A stretch of 37,568 nucleotides of DNA from Nemertoderma westbladi (lineage: Eukaryota; Animalia; Xenacoelomorpha), in contig JAUCBJ010001819.1 in NCBI GenBank assembly GCA_032718475.1, positions 1 through 37,568 of the forward strand, given 5' to 3'. The notes beneath the pieces are model-generated. The model did no database searches. It had not been told where the DNA came from and saw nothing but the letters and a program-made list of their open reading frames with translations. Position numbers and translations under genes: made by a program. Of this stretch, positions 22,093-34,037 are shown one piece after another (within the stretch, counting starts at the first letter, position 1; every line of letters starts with the position of its first letter).

Positions 22093-22440
22093 GTGTGCAC
22101 CTAATAATGTTACAAGTGATTCGTGCAATTTGATTAATTGGTTTCCAGACCCACGCGCTGTTTCATATAGTGATTTGTGCAAAGTACAACTATTTGGAAG
22201 TCCCTGGTTTCTCTAAGGTTGAATTAGACACAATTTTAAATTTTATATGTACCGATTAAGTATCATCCAGTGTATACTATTTCACGAATCATTAGGATAT
22301 TATGTTTTTACTATCTCATTTATATTTATAGACTATAACAACTTAATATTTTGTGCTAATGCTCTAACATTTACCGGTTTTATGTATACTGTGCTATACG
22401 CTTAGTTATATAACTATATGCACGAAATTAAATTAAATTA

Positions 22441-24130
22441 AATTGAGAAAACTCAGTTTCACCATCTGGTGAGAGTACCTGCGCTTCTGTGTCACAATAT
22501 AACAATCCAATGCCAGCAACAATTACTTCTGGTATTCCATAAGCTCTTAGGATTTCAAGCATTTTACCTCTATGGATGGAGTCGAATGCCTTCTTGAAGT
22601 CCACAAAAGTCATGACTGCGGTGAGATTCTTTGACTTAATTCTTTCAATCAGTCTCCGTAGTGCAAGTATCTGAGCTATTGTTGATCTACTTGGTCGAAA
22701 TCCGTTTTGGCTCTTACGCAGTAGTTTCTCTATGTGAGGTCTAATCTTATATAGAATCATTTTATTGTATATTTTGGCAGCTACCACAAGCAGACAGATC
22801 CCACGATAGTTTGTTGGTATGTCGAGGTCTCCTTTCTTGGGGAGAGGCTTTAGTTGACCTTTAGTCCAAATTAGTGGTGGCTTTTCCCCTTTTAACATGC
22901 GGTTGCAAACATTCAATAATGGTCTATTTAGCACTCCGGTTTTCCATACCTCCGCTTGGATTTCATCTAATCCACTCGCTTTATTATTGGACATGCTTTT
23001 AATGCTTCTTTGGAGTTCGGCAGGTGTGAAGTCCCCTGTTTCTATAGGTAGTGTCTTGTCATATATTTTCCTTGTAGGGCTGACCTTGATGTTTGGTGGC
23101 TGCCCAAGCAAGTTGCTGAAGTGATTTTTCCACTTCCCAACACGTTCTTCAGGACTATCGGCTTTGAGGCGCCCCTTTGCACAACTTTTCCGACCAGATA
23201 CCTCATTTACAGTTTGCCAGGTAAGTCTTGATTGTTGCTGTATGTGAGCAGTTGTAATTGCTTCGGTTTTATCCTGTATGTACTTTTCCTGGCTGATGTT
23301 GTAGGCCAATTTAAGATCGTCCTTAGCTTTCTCAACCTTGTTAATGTTTTCGGTTGTTGGTTGTTCGGTTTTAACTTTGTAGGCTATCTTAAGATCTTCT
23401 CTCTTACAAGTAACCTCAGAGTTTTGCCATGGCACATACTGTTTTCGTTTAGGTTTCTGGGGGATATGCCTCTTAGCTGATTCCTTGTGGGCTGTTATTA
23501 TATTCTGGTATATTGAATAGGTGGATTGGTCTTTATCCATTGACTGAAGTGCTTCAAAGCGGTTTTGAACTTCTACTGTATAAGCATCCTTTACAGCATT
23601 GTCAGTTCTGAGTTTCTCCCAGTCATAGTTGATTTGCTTGCTTGTCCTGGGTTTGCTGGCTCTCAAACTGAGTCTGATCTCTGCGGTCACAATTCTGTGG
23701 TCCGAACCAATTAGGTTGAACAAGCTGTATGCCTCGCAGTTGATCATGCTATTTCTCCACTTTTTGTTTATAAGGATGTAATCCAGTTGTGCTTTGGTTC
23801 CATTAGGGTATTGAAAGGTCCATAGCTTCCCCTTACTCTTTTCGAATGTGTTGTTTGTTGGTATCGATTCACATTCTTCCATTAGGTCTAAAAGTAAGTA
23901 CCCATTTCTGTTAGAACTGGTGTTATAGGTGTAACCCTTGATGTCTTCTGGGCCAATTTGCGCATTCAGGTCACCAGCAATGACTTTAAACATTGTGTTT
24001 CGGGATGTCCTTAATAAGTCCAGTCAGTTCTTCATAAAACTTGACTGCTTGTTCTGGCTCTGATGCATTGGTTGGACTGTAGCAACATATAACTGTTGTC
24101 TTGGGATTCCCATCAAATGTTGCGATCATT
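22441..24130 (-). pseudogene. Internal fragment of an RTE-type LINE ORF (endonuclease C-half to RT N-half)
   Basis: CYSPTN (upstream frame), GDLNAQIG, QLDYILI, SDHRIV, LPKKGDL, NYRGI, QNGFR, FVDFKKAFDSI; broken at both ends. Confidence 0.9.
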
Positions 24131-24289
24131 TTCATTAGTACCTTTACACAAACAATATGAATATAGACAAAAACTTTATGAAATAGAGAAACAACAAAAC
24201 TTTGGTTTACACGTAGTATTCAGCAAAAGGAATAGTAAAATAAGTGACAACACTGTGAAAACACTTAATTAATTGCTAAAATACCAAAT

Positions 24290-24600
24290 TTACATTCACT
24301 GCGAGAGTTTAACGCATTAAAATTCTTTTACAAATATACGCATAACTTCTCCATCCCATTCAAACACATAGATCTACCATACTTACCAATTACTCTGTTA
24401 ACTTATTGTTCCCACAGACTTCGAAACCCACGCACGTACAATATTAAAATTCCAAAAACTTACTCAAATTATGGTACTTACAGTATAACAGTGGCACTGA
24501 TTAAAATGTGGAATAGTATCCCCACGGAAATTATAAAACAAGACACCTTTAAATTATTTTTACGGGACTTAAAACCAAAATATCTGAAACACTATACTCG
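24290..24600 (+). pseudogene. Old L2/CR1-group LINE ORF2 C-terminal remnant
   Basis: HRLRN...IPKTYSNYG.YSI...KMWNSIPTEIIKQDTFKLFLRDLK resembles the end of the ORF2 at 37200-37331. Confidence 0.55.
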
Positions 24601-24603
24601 ATA

Positions 24604-25308
24604 TTTCAATCAGAATTTCAGGCAGTTGCTAGGGAAACGTCACCTTGTTGCTACTACTAGGATCGGCATGCTGCATTGCAGCTGCATTTTTAAGAATGCT
24701 GTACCGGCTTGTCGACAAAATTGCGCCGCCACAACTCCCTATCACCCATGACATCTGCTAGATCATCCGCATCTTCAAGGCCAGTGTCCTTTAAGATGCG
24801 TCTCAAGAAAGTCATGGGCTGTCCACCATGCTTATTCACTCCATGAGACTGCCAAAGTACAAGATTATGCACTGGCTGGTCCTCACGGCGAAAGCAATAT
24901 CCTGCAAAGCGGAGGCGATTTTGTTCTAGTGTCAAGCTTGGGGGAACCAATGAGACACCTCCAATGTTATATAGTGTCTGGTTGGAGATGTGTGCATTGT
25001 TCTTGACACAATGAACCTGGCGTAGCATTCTTGTTGCCAAGGAAACGTCTATGAGCACCGATGTCACTACTAACCATCTTCTATTGCTAGTCAGGTTGAT
25101 TATCCCAAGTTTCAATCATAATTTCATTAAATATACAGCGGTTGCTAGGGAAAGATCACCCTGTTGCCATGGAAATGTGTATCAGCGCCAATGTCACTAT
25201 TAACCATCTTCTATTGCTAGACAGGTTGTTTAACCCAAGTTTCAATCAGAATTTCATTAAATACACAACGGTTGCTAGGGAAAGGTCACCTTGTTGTTAT
25301 GGAAACAT
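24604..25308. repeat. About 130-bp tandem repeat rich in GTTGC-N4-GAAAC motifs, interrupted by an RTE insertion
   Basis: tttcaatca.aatttca...gttgctagggaaa..tcacc.tgttg repeated at 24604, 25110 and 25240. Confidence 0.7.
24652..25029 (-). mobile_element. 5'-truncated RTE-type LINE insertion (3' end)
   Basis: TRMLRQVH...RLRFAGYCFR...DRELWR; TAG-repeat tail; flanking repeat CTTGTTGC at 24644-24651 and 25030-25037. Confidence 0.85.
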
Positions 25309-25331
25309 GTACCCGACTTCTATTTTTAAAC

Positions 25332-25393
25332 CAACTCTGTTATATAATCGTAATTTTTCTATATAGAAAAATTACGATTATATAACAGAGTTG
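25332..25393. repeat. Perfect 62-bp palindrome with no spacer
   Basis: caactctgttatataatcgtaatttttctat|atagaaaaattacgattatataacagagttg. Confidence 0.95.
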
Positions 25394-25913
25394 TCTATAT
25401 GGCGAGTTTTAATAACAGATACGACCAAAAGTATCCGGTTTGCTAGGGTAGTAGTCTATTATTTTGGTACACAGGCTCAGATTTATCTACACATTTTTTC
25501 ACATATTTCCACATTTTCATACTTTTGTCCGGCAATTAACGATTTTGCTATATTTTAGCCTTAAGCGACCCCACTATCGTGAATACCCAGTTAAATTAAA
25601 ATTTTTGTTTGATGCGTCTACAGTAACAGCCATCAGAGATAAAGTGGTAGGCTTTATTACCAGGGTTTGCATCGTAATTAGGTTTAATAATTACCAAATT
25701 AATATAAAATATTAATTAGTTTATATATAGTAAGTGTTCAGGTTCGGGGTCTTGCCGAACACTTATTATTTTATAATAATTTGTTCATTAGTAGACCTAA
25801 TCAGAGTAGATCGATTACCTTCGGATGTCTTGAACAATCTTCAATTTCCGAAATTGATATATAAAATTTAGAAATTTTATTTATTTTTTTGCTTTTGTAA
25901 TTTGCTGTTTTAG

Positions 25914-26014
25914 ATTGAGGATAATTGTAACGGAGAACTCGATATGGCTTCTAGTCAAGAAGATTATGAGGATGATAGCGGACTGCATGTGGGATGCGTC
26001 GATGATAAAATACG
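25914..26014 (+). CDS. Candidate host-gene internal exon B, IEDNCNGELDMASSQEDYEDDSGLHVGCVDDKI(R); product unknown
   Basis: Long T-rich tract with ttttAG acceptor (25912-25913), donor CG|GTAGGT at 26015, open acidic frame, phase-0 start compatible with exon A. Confidence 0.55.
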
Positions 26015-29000
26015 GTAGGTTAATAATTAATTAGCGCGATTGCGGACTGCATGTGGGAGGCTTTGACGATAAAAACTGTAGGTTAATTAGGACGATAGAG
26101 GACTGCATGTGGGAGGCTTTGACGATAAAAACTGTAGGTTAATTAAGATGATAGCGGACTGCATGTGGGAGGCTTTGACGATAAAAACTGTAGGTTAATT
26201 AGGACGATAGAGGACTGCATGTGGGAGGCTTTGACGATAAAAACTGTAGGTTAATTAAGATGATAGCGGACTGCATGTGGGAGGCTTTGACGATAAAAAC
26301 TGTAGGTTAATTAAGATGATAGCGGACTGCATGTGGGAGGCTTTGACGATAAAAACTGTAGGTTAATTAAGATGATAGCGGACTGCATGTGGGAGGCTTT
26401 GACGATAAAAACTGTAGGTTAATTAAGATGATAGCGGACTGCATGTGGGAGGCTTTGATGATAAAATACGGTAGGTTAATAATTAATTAGCGCGATTGCG
26501 GACTGCATGTGGGAGGCTTTGACGATAAAAACTGTAGGTTAATTAGGACGATAGAGGACTGCATGTGGGAGGCTTTGACGATAAAAACTGTAGGTTAATT
26601 AGGACGATAGAGGACTGCATGTGGGAGGCTTTGACGATAAAAACTGTAGGTTAATTAAGATGATAGCGGACTGCATGTGGGAGGCTTTGACGATAAAAAC
26701 TGTAGGTTAATTAAGATGATAGCGGACTGCATGTGGGAGGCTTTGACGATAAAAACTGTAGGTTAATTAAGATGATAGCGGACTGCATGTGGGAGGCTTT
26801 GACGATAAAAACTGTAGGTTAATTAAGATGATAGCGGACTGCATGTGGGAGGCTTTGACGATAAAAACTGTAGGTTAATTAAGATGATAGCGGACTGCAT
26901 GTGGGAGGCTTTGACGATAAAAACTGTAGGTTAATTAAGATGATAGCGGACTGCATGTGGGAGGCTTTGATGATAAAATACGGTAGGTTAATAATTAATT
27001 AGCGCGATTGCGGACTGCATGTGGGAGGCTTTGACGATAAAAACTGTAGGTTAATTAAGATGATAGCGGACTGCATGTGGGAGGCTTTGACGATAAAAAC
27101 TGTAGGTTAATTAAGATGATAGCGGACTGCATGTGGGAGGCTTTGATGATAAAATACGGTAGGTTAATAATTAATTAGCGCGATTGCGGACTGCATGTGG
27201 GAGGCTTTGACGATAAAAACTGTAGGTTAATTAAGATGATAGCGGACTGCATGTGGGAGGCTTTGACGATAAAAACTGTAGGTTAATTAGGACGATAGAG
27301 GACTGCATGTGGGAGGCTTTGACGATAAAAACTGTAGGTTAATTAGGACGATAGAGGACTGCATGTGGGAGGCTTTGACGATAAAAACTGTAGGTTAATT
27401 AGGACGATAGAGGACTGCATGTGGGAGGCTTTGACGATAAAAACTGTAGGTTAATTAAGATGATAGCGGACTGCATGTGGGAGGCTTTGACGATAAAAAC
27501 TGTAGGTTAATTAAGATGATAGCGGACTGCATGTGGGAGGCTTTGACGATAAAAACTGTAGGTTAATTAAGATGATAGCGGACTGCATGTGGGAGGCTTT
27601 GATGATAAAATACGGTAGGTTAATAATTAATTAGCGCGATTGCGGACTGCATGTGGGAGGCTTTGACGATAAAAACTGTAGGTTAATTAAGATGATAGCG
27701 GACTGCATGTGGGAGGCTTTGACGATAAAAACTGTAGGTTAATTAAGATGATAGCGGACTGCATGTGGGAGGCTTTGACGATAAAAACTGTAGGTTAATT
27801 AAGATGATAGCGGACTGCATGTGGGAGGCTTTGACGATAAAAACTGTAGGTTAATTAAGATGATAGCGGACTGCATGTGGGAGGCTTTGACGATAAAAAC
27901 TGTAGGTTAATTAAGATGATAGCGGACTGCATGTGGGAGGCTTTGATGATAAAATACGGTAGGTTAATAATTAATTAGCGCGATTGCGGACTGCATGTGG
28001 GAGGCTTTGACGATAAAAACTGTAGGTTAATTAAGATGATAGCGGACTGCATGTGGGAGGCTTTGACGATAAAAACTGTAGGTTAATTAAGATGATAGCG
28101 GACTGCATGTGGGAGGCTTTGACGATAAAAACTGTAGGTTAATTAAGATGATAGCGGACTGCATGTGGGAGGCTTTGACGATAAAAACTGTAGGTTAATT
28201 AAGATGATAGCGGACTGCATGTGGGAGGCTTTGACGATAAAAACTGTAGGTTAATTAAGATGATAGCGGACTGCATGTGGGAGGCTTTGACGATAAAAAC
28301 TGTAGGTTAATTAAGATGATAGCGGACTGCATGTGGGAGGCTTTGACGATAAAAACTGTAGGTTAATTAAGATGATAGCGGACTGCATGTGGGAGGCTTT
28401 GATGATAAAATACGGTAGGTTAATAATTAATTAGCGCGATTGCGGACTGCATGTGGGAGGCTTTGACGATAAAAACTGTAGGTTAATTAAGATGATAGCG
28501 GACTGCATGTGGGAGGCTTTGACGATAAAAACTGTAGGTTAATTAAGATGATAGCGGACTGCATGTGGGAGGCTTTGACGATAAAAACTGTAGGTTAATT
28601 AAGATGATAGCGGACTGCATGTGGGAGGCTTTGACGATAAAAACTGTAGGTTAATTAAGATGATAGCGGACTGCATGTGGGAGGCTTTGACGATAAAAAC
28701 TGTAGGTTAATTAAGATGATAGCGGACTGCATGTGGGAGGCTTTGACGATAAAAACTGTAGGTTAATTAAGATGATAGCGGACTGCATGTGGGAGGCTTT
28801 GACGATAAAAACTGTAGGTTAATTAAGATGATAGCGGACTGCATGTGGGAGGCTTTGACGATAAAAACTGTAGGTTAATTAAGATGATAGCGGACTGCAT
28901 GTGGGAGGCTTTGACGATAAAAACTGTAGGTTAATTAAGATGATAGCGGACTGCATGTGGGAGGCTTTGACGATAAAAACTGTAGGTTAATTAAGATGAT

Positions 29001-31178
29001 AGCGGACTGCATGTGGGAGGCTTTGATGATAAAATACGGTAGGTTAATAATTAATTAGCGCGATTGCGGACTGCATGTGGGAGGCTTTGACGATAAAAAC
29101 TGTAGGTTAATTAAGATGATAGCGGACTGCATGTGGGAGGCTTTGACGATAAAAACTGTAGGTTAATTAAGATGATAGCGGACTGCATGTGGGAGGCTTT
29201 GACGATAAAAACTGTAGGTTAATTAAGATGATAGCGGACTGCATGTGGGAGGCTTTGACGATAAAAACTGTAGGTTAATTAAGATGATAGCGGACTGCAT
29301 GTGGGAGGCTTTGACGATAAAAACTGTAGGTTAATTAAGATGATAGCGGACTGCATGTGGGAGGCTTTGACGATAAAAACTGTAGGTTAATTAAGATGAT
29401 AGCGGACTGCATGTGGGAGGCTTTGACGATAAAAACTGTAGGTTAATTAAGATGATAGCGGACTGCATGTGGGAGGCTTTGACGATAAAAACTGTAGGTT
29501 AATTAAGATGATAGCGGACTGCATGTGGGAGGCTTTGACGATAAAAACTGTAGGTTAATTAAGATGATAGCGGACTGCATGTGGGAGGCTTTGACGATAA
29601 AAACTGTAGGTTAATTAAGATGATAGCGGACTGCATGTGGGAGGCTTTGACGATAAAAACTGTAGGTTAATTAAGATGATAGCGGACTGCATGTGGGAGG
29701 CTTTGACGATAAAAACTGTAGGTTATTTAAGATGATAGCGGACTGCATGTGGGAGGCTTTGACGATAAAAACTGTAGGTTAATTAAGATGATAGCGGACT
29801 GCATGTGGGAGGCTTTGACGATAAAAACTGTAGGTTAATTAAGATGATAGCGGACTGCATGTGGGAGGCTTTGATGATAAAATACGGTAGGTTAATAATT
29901 AATTAGCGCGATTGCGGACTGCATGTGGGAGGCGTCGATGATAAAATACGGTAGGTTAATTAGGACGATAGAGGACTACATGTGGGAGGCTTTGACGATA
30001 AAAACTGTAGGTTAATTAAGATGATAGCGGACTGCATGTGGGAGGCTTTGACGATAAAAACTGTAGGTTAATTAAGATGATAGCGGACTGCATGTGGGAG
30101 GCTTTGACGATAAAAACTGTAGGTTAATTAAGATGATTGCGGACTGCATGTGGGAGGCTTTGACGATAAAAACTGTAGGTTAATTAAGATGATAGCGGAC
30201 TGCATGTGGGAGGCTTTGACGATAAAAACTGTAGGTTAATTAAGATGATAGCGGACTGCATGTGGGAGGCTTTGACGATAAAAACTGTAGGTTAATTAAG
30301 ATGATAGCGGACTGCATGTGGGAGGCTTTGATGATAAAATACGGTAGGTTAATAATTAATTAGCGCGATTGCGGACTGCATGTGGGAGGCTTTGACGATA
30401 AAAACTGTAGGTTAATTAAGATGATAGCGGACTGCATGTGGGAGGCTTTGATGATAAAATACGGTAGGTTAATAATTAATTAGCGCGATTGCGGACTGCA
30501 TGTGGGAGGCTTTGACGATAAAAACTGTAGGTTAATTAAGATGATAGCGGACTGCATGTGGGAGGCTTTGATGATAAAATACGGTAGGTTAATAATTAAT
30601 TAGCGCGATTGCGGACTGCATGTGGGAGGCTTTGACGATAAAAACTGTAGGTTAATTAAGATGATAGCGGACTGCATGTGGGAGGCTTTGATGATAAAAT
30701 ACGGTAGGTTAATAATTAATTAGCGCGATTGCGGACTGCATGTGGGAGGCTTTGACGATAAAAACTGTAGGTTAATTAAGATGATAGCGGACTGCATGTG
30801 GGAGGCTTTGATGATAAAATACGGTAGGTTAATAATTAATTAGCGCGATTGCGGACTGCATGTGGGAGGCTTTGACGATAAAAACTGTAGGTTAATTAAG
30901 ATGATAGCGGACTGCATGTGGGAGGCTTTGACGATAAAAACTGTAGGTTAATTAAGATGATAGCGGACTGCATGTGGGAGGCTTTGACGATAAAAACTGT
31001 AGGTTAATTAAGATGATAGCGGACTGCATGTGGGAGGCTTTGATGATAAAATACGGTAGGTTAATAATTAATTAGCGCGATAGCGGACTGCATGTGAGAG
31101 GCGTCGACTATTAAATACAGTAGGTTAATTAGGATGATAGCGTACTGCATGTGGGAGGCGTCGACGATAAAGTACGGT
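25971..31178. repeat. Satellite array with a 56-bp unit and a 64-bp variant, about 90 copies (estimated from length)
   Basis: Unit gatgatagcggactgcatgtgggaggctttgacgataaaaactgtaggttaattaa, highly homogeneous. Confidence 0.98.
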
Positions 31179-31196
31179 AAATAGAATAGGATAAAA

Positions 31197-32265
31197 TAGG
31201 TCCTGTAACTAGGACCCCCTTCGTTCCGGGATAAGGACGCCCTTGGTCCTGGATTAAGGACCCATATACTTGGCTGCAGGGGTATATGGCCTGGCCAGGC
31301 AGATGGTGATCTACCAATGGCTGGTCAGGAGTATAGTGTTCTCATGTCCACTCTGAGTGCACTTTACTGCGATCTGCACCTGGCAGCAGGGGTACAGGGC
31401 ATGACCCAGCAGATGAGCTGCACAGCCAATGGTGGGTCATGTGCGCCAGAGTAGATATGGGTGATGGGCCTCATATCCGACTCCATTGCGACACCCACCC
31501 TGTGGAATGGCAAACCAGGGTGTGGTATTTGCCCCGAGAGCTGACTCGGCAAAAAAGCACCCCCCAACCCCCACTATGGATTACATTAGTAATGCGTAAT
31601 CCAGCCAATAGAGGCCAGTGGAATTACCGGACACATTCGGCCTCACAGGCGTCATTTATCTCCTGACCGGCTGCCTGTCTCACCCCCTACTGGAGAGAGA
31701 GCAGCCAACAATTCTTTGAGTCCCTTTCCTGATGACCTTTCTGGCCCAAACCCTGGGTCACCAGGGAGGCCAGATTGTGAGGGGGAGAGGGATTCTGGAG
31801 TTGGAGGCTACTCTCATGTTCCACCCCGACCAACAAAGGCATTGGTGAATCTGAGGGAAGTCACTAGACTAGCCTCAGTAAACACCCTAACACTCGGGTC
31901 CCCAATGCGTCAAGGTGAGCTGACTGCCTTGGCAGATAAGCTTTCTCTTAGCGCAGTGGGTGTTCAAGAGCACCGAATGCAGACTGGACAGACTGGTGAG
32001 GTTCTGATTAAGGACATGGGGGCGGTTGGCGACTCGCCCTCGCGTCAGCAGATGATAGTGGCAATGGTGGAATTGGTCTATTGATGAATCCAACTGCACA
32101 TGCAGCATTGGACAAAATAGACCAAATCTCTAACCACGTCATCCGTTGCCACTTCTCATGTTCTGGAAGACTGGCTAAGAAGTTTCCTAAGGTGGTTCTG
32201 ATTGTGTGCTACTCTCCAACTAGTGTTGCCCCTGTAGAGGAGGTGGAAAGTTTCTACCATGACCT
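31197..32265 (+). mobile_element. 5' part of an RTE-type LINE (structured 5' UTR and frameshifted endonuclease N-terminus)
   Basis: LASVNTLTL, VGVQEHR, GGIGLLM, VCYSPT...FYHDL; the overlapping region differs from the 22441-24130 copy, so a separate family. Confidence 0.75.
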
Positions 32266-32828
32266 CGGGTATTCAAAGTAATATCAGAGAAAGAGATAAT
32301 TGGTAGGTAGACAGAGGGGTCCACCGTGACTTTGGGTCATCACGCATTTTTATTTGCTTAAACTTTAGTCGGACCTTAGAGTAATCAAAATCCGTCGGGT
32401 GCCACTTCGGCACCTTTGGGGAACTTTTTATAAAGGAACCTAAGTTTCCATAGCAACCGGCATACAAGGTTTTATTTTGAGATATCTGCGACCTTGCACC
32501 TATTGCCACAGCTCTTGTTAATTATTCTGAATAAGATTTCTAGACGATTAGTTCCCATAGCAACATTATTAATCATAAATTTTGGCCTTTGGGATGTTTA
32601 TTAAGATGTGCCAACTATTAAACTTTAGATTATTTATGTAACTATTTTATAAAAATTGTACATGTACATGAATTGTACATGTACCCAATGTGACCGGTAC
32701 TACTGTACTATGGTACAGCTGTAGGCCGAAATACTGCAAGCTGTCGCAAACTATCTGACTGTACCGATCCGGTTTAGCCTTACATAACTATAGACCTTTT
32801 CTGGTGAATTACACAAACTGTGATAATA

Positions 32829-33737
32829 ATGGCGCCGACAAAGATAGATACAAATTCACTTAATGCGCGCATGGACCGGCTCGAAAACCTACTAACTAAA
32901 GTATCTAATAACCTAGAGAGAATTGACAACCAACTAAACCCGTCTGACGGATCTCCTTCCTTAATACAGTCAATTACTCAACTGAAGCAAGACAATTCAA
33001 CACTTCGAAAAGATAATGGTAATTTGATATCCGAAATTAACATTTTATCTGCGAGAATCGATAAATCTGAACTTGCCAACGATTCCCTTGCCCAGTACGT
33101 ACGACGTAACAACGTGCTATTCCACGGAATCGAGGAGGGAAATAACAAATCCGATAGGTTAGCTATTGAAAGGATCGTAGAGTTTTGCGGGGTCGATATT
33201 AATGATATCGACGTATCTCACCGATTAGGTCAACCGAAAGCGGGTAAGCGTCGTCCAATAGTTGTACGGTTCCTACATCATGCTACTCGTTACGCAATCT
33301 TCTCCAGGAAATCCGATTTCAAGGACGGGTTCTATTCGACGGACCACCTGACACCATTTCGCGCGGAACTCCTTCGAGAAGCAACGAAATTAAAGAAGGA
33401 GGGTAGAATATACGCCGCGTACTCGTCCAACGGAAACGTACAGATTCGCATTGAACGCGATTCTCTACCGAGAAACATCAACTCATTGCACGATATCAAA
33501 GATATTACTGCAAATACATCCACTCATAGTGTTACTCAACGACCGAATAAGAAGTCTCTTCAAGGAGGTCCTAGTCGAGACAAACGAGTTACCAGGAGTT
33601 CATCTCTAGGGGGTGGCGGGCATTCCAACCGGGATGGTAAGAAGGTGAATAAGAACGCGCTCCCAGGTTCGTACCCGGCGGTTGATCCGACCCATCCATC
33701 TCGACGCCGTTACCACCTTCCAACAACGCCAGAATAG
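32829..33737 (+). CDS. LINE ORF1 (coiled coil plus L1-ORF1-like RRM/CTD)
   Basis: Heptad region, RRNNVLFHGIEE, DIDVSHRLG, RPIVVRF, HLTPFRAELL. Confidence 0.85.
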   Translation: MAPTKIDTNSLNARMDRLENLLTKVSNNLERIDNQLNPSDGSPSLIQSITQLKQDNSTLRKDNGNLISEINILSARIDKSELANDSLAQYVRRNNVLFHGIEEGNNKSDRLAIERIVEFCGVDINDIDVSHRLGQPKAGKRRPIVVRFLHHATRYAIFSRKSDFKDGFYSTDHLTPFRAELLREATKLKKEGRIYAAYSSNGNVQIRIERDSLPRNINSLHDIKDITANTSTHSVTQRPNKKSLQGGPSRDKRVTRSSSLGGGGHSNRDGKKVNKNALPGSYPAVDPTHPSRRRYHLPTTPE

Positions 33738-34037
33738 TTCGCCAATTACTCCCTCTTTAAATCCTTATAACTCTCTGGACTGTGATGGAAATTAATACGC
33801 ATAGGATCCTAGGAAACCCCTAATCTGGTCATCCAGAAAGGCAATTCAAATTATTATTAACTCTTGGAATAATTTACAGAATTAATTTAACTGACTTACA
33901 ATATCACTAGTGGCCCATATATGGTCAGGGCTTAACGGGATGTACTGATTTATTAATATTATATATTATAACATAGTGTATAATATATATATACATTGTA
34001 TTAAGCGACAGTATGCAGTGTGCAGGCTGTCAGCTGA

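Noticed and set aside
26015-31120. Satellite read as in-frame 42-nt microexons separated by 14-nt GT...AG introns (gtaggttaattaag)
   Set aside because: 14 nt is too short for typical spliceosomal introns and there is no branch point or pyrimidine tract.
25971-31178. CRISPR-like regular array
   Set aside because: Units are contiguous near-identical monomers with no unique spacers, there are no cas genes, and the context is eukaryotic.
31730-31790. CTGATGA hammerhead-like core
   Set aside because: No stem II followed by GAAA. No hammerhead core was seen in the LTRs either, so these are not retrozymes.
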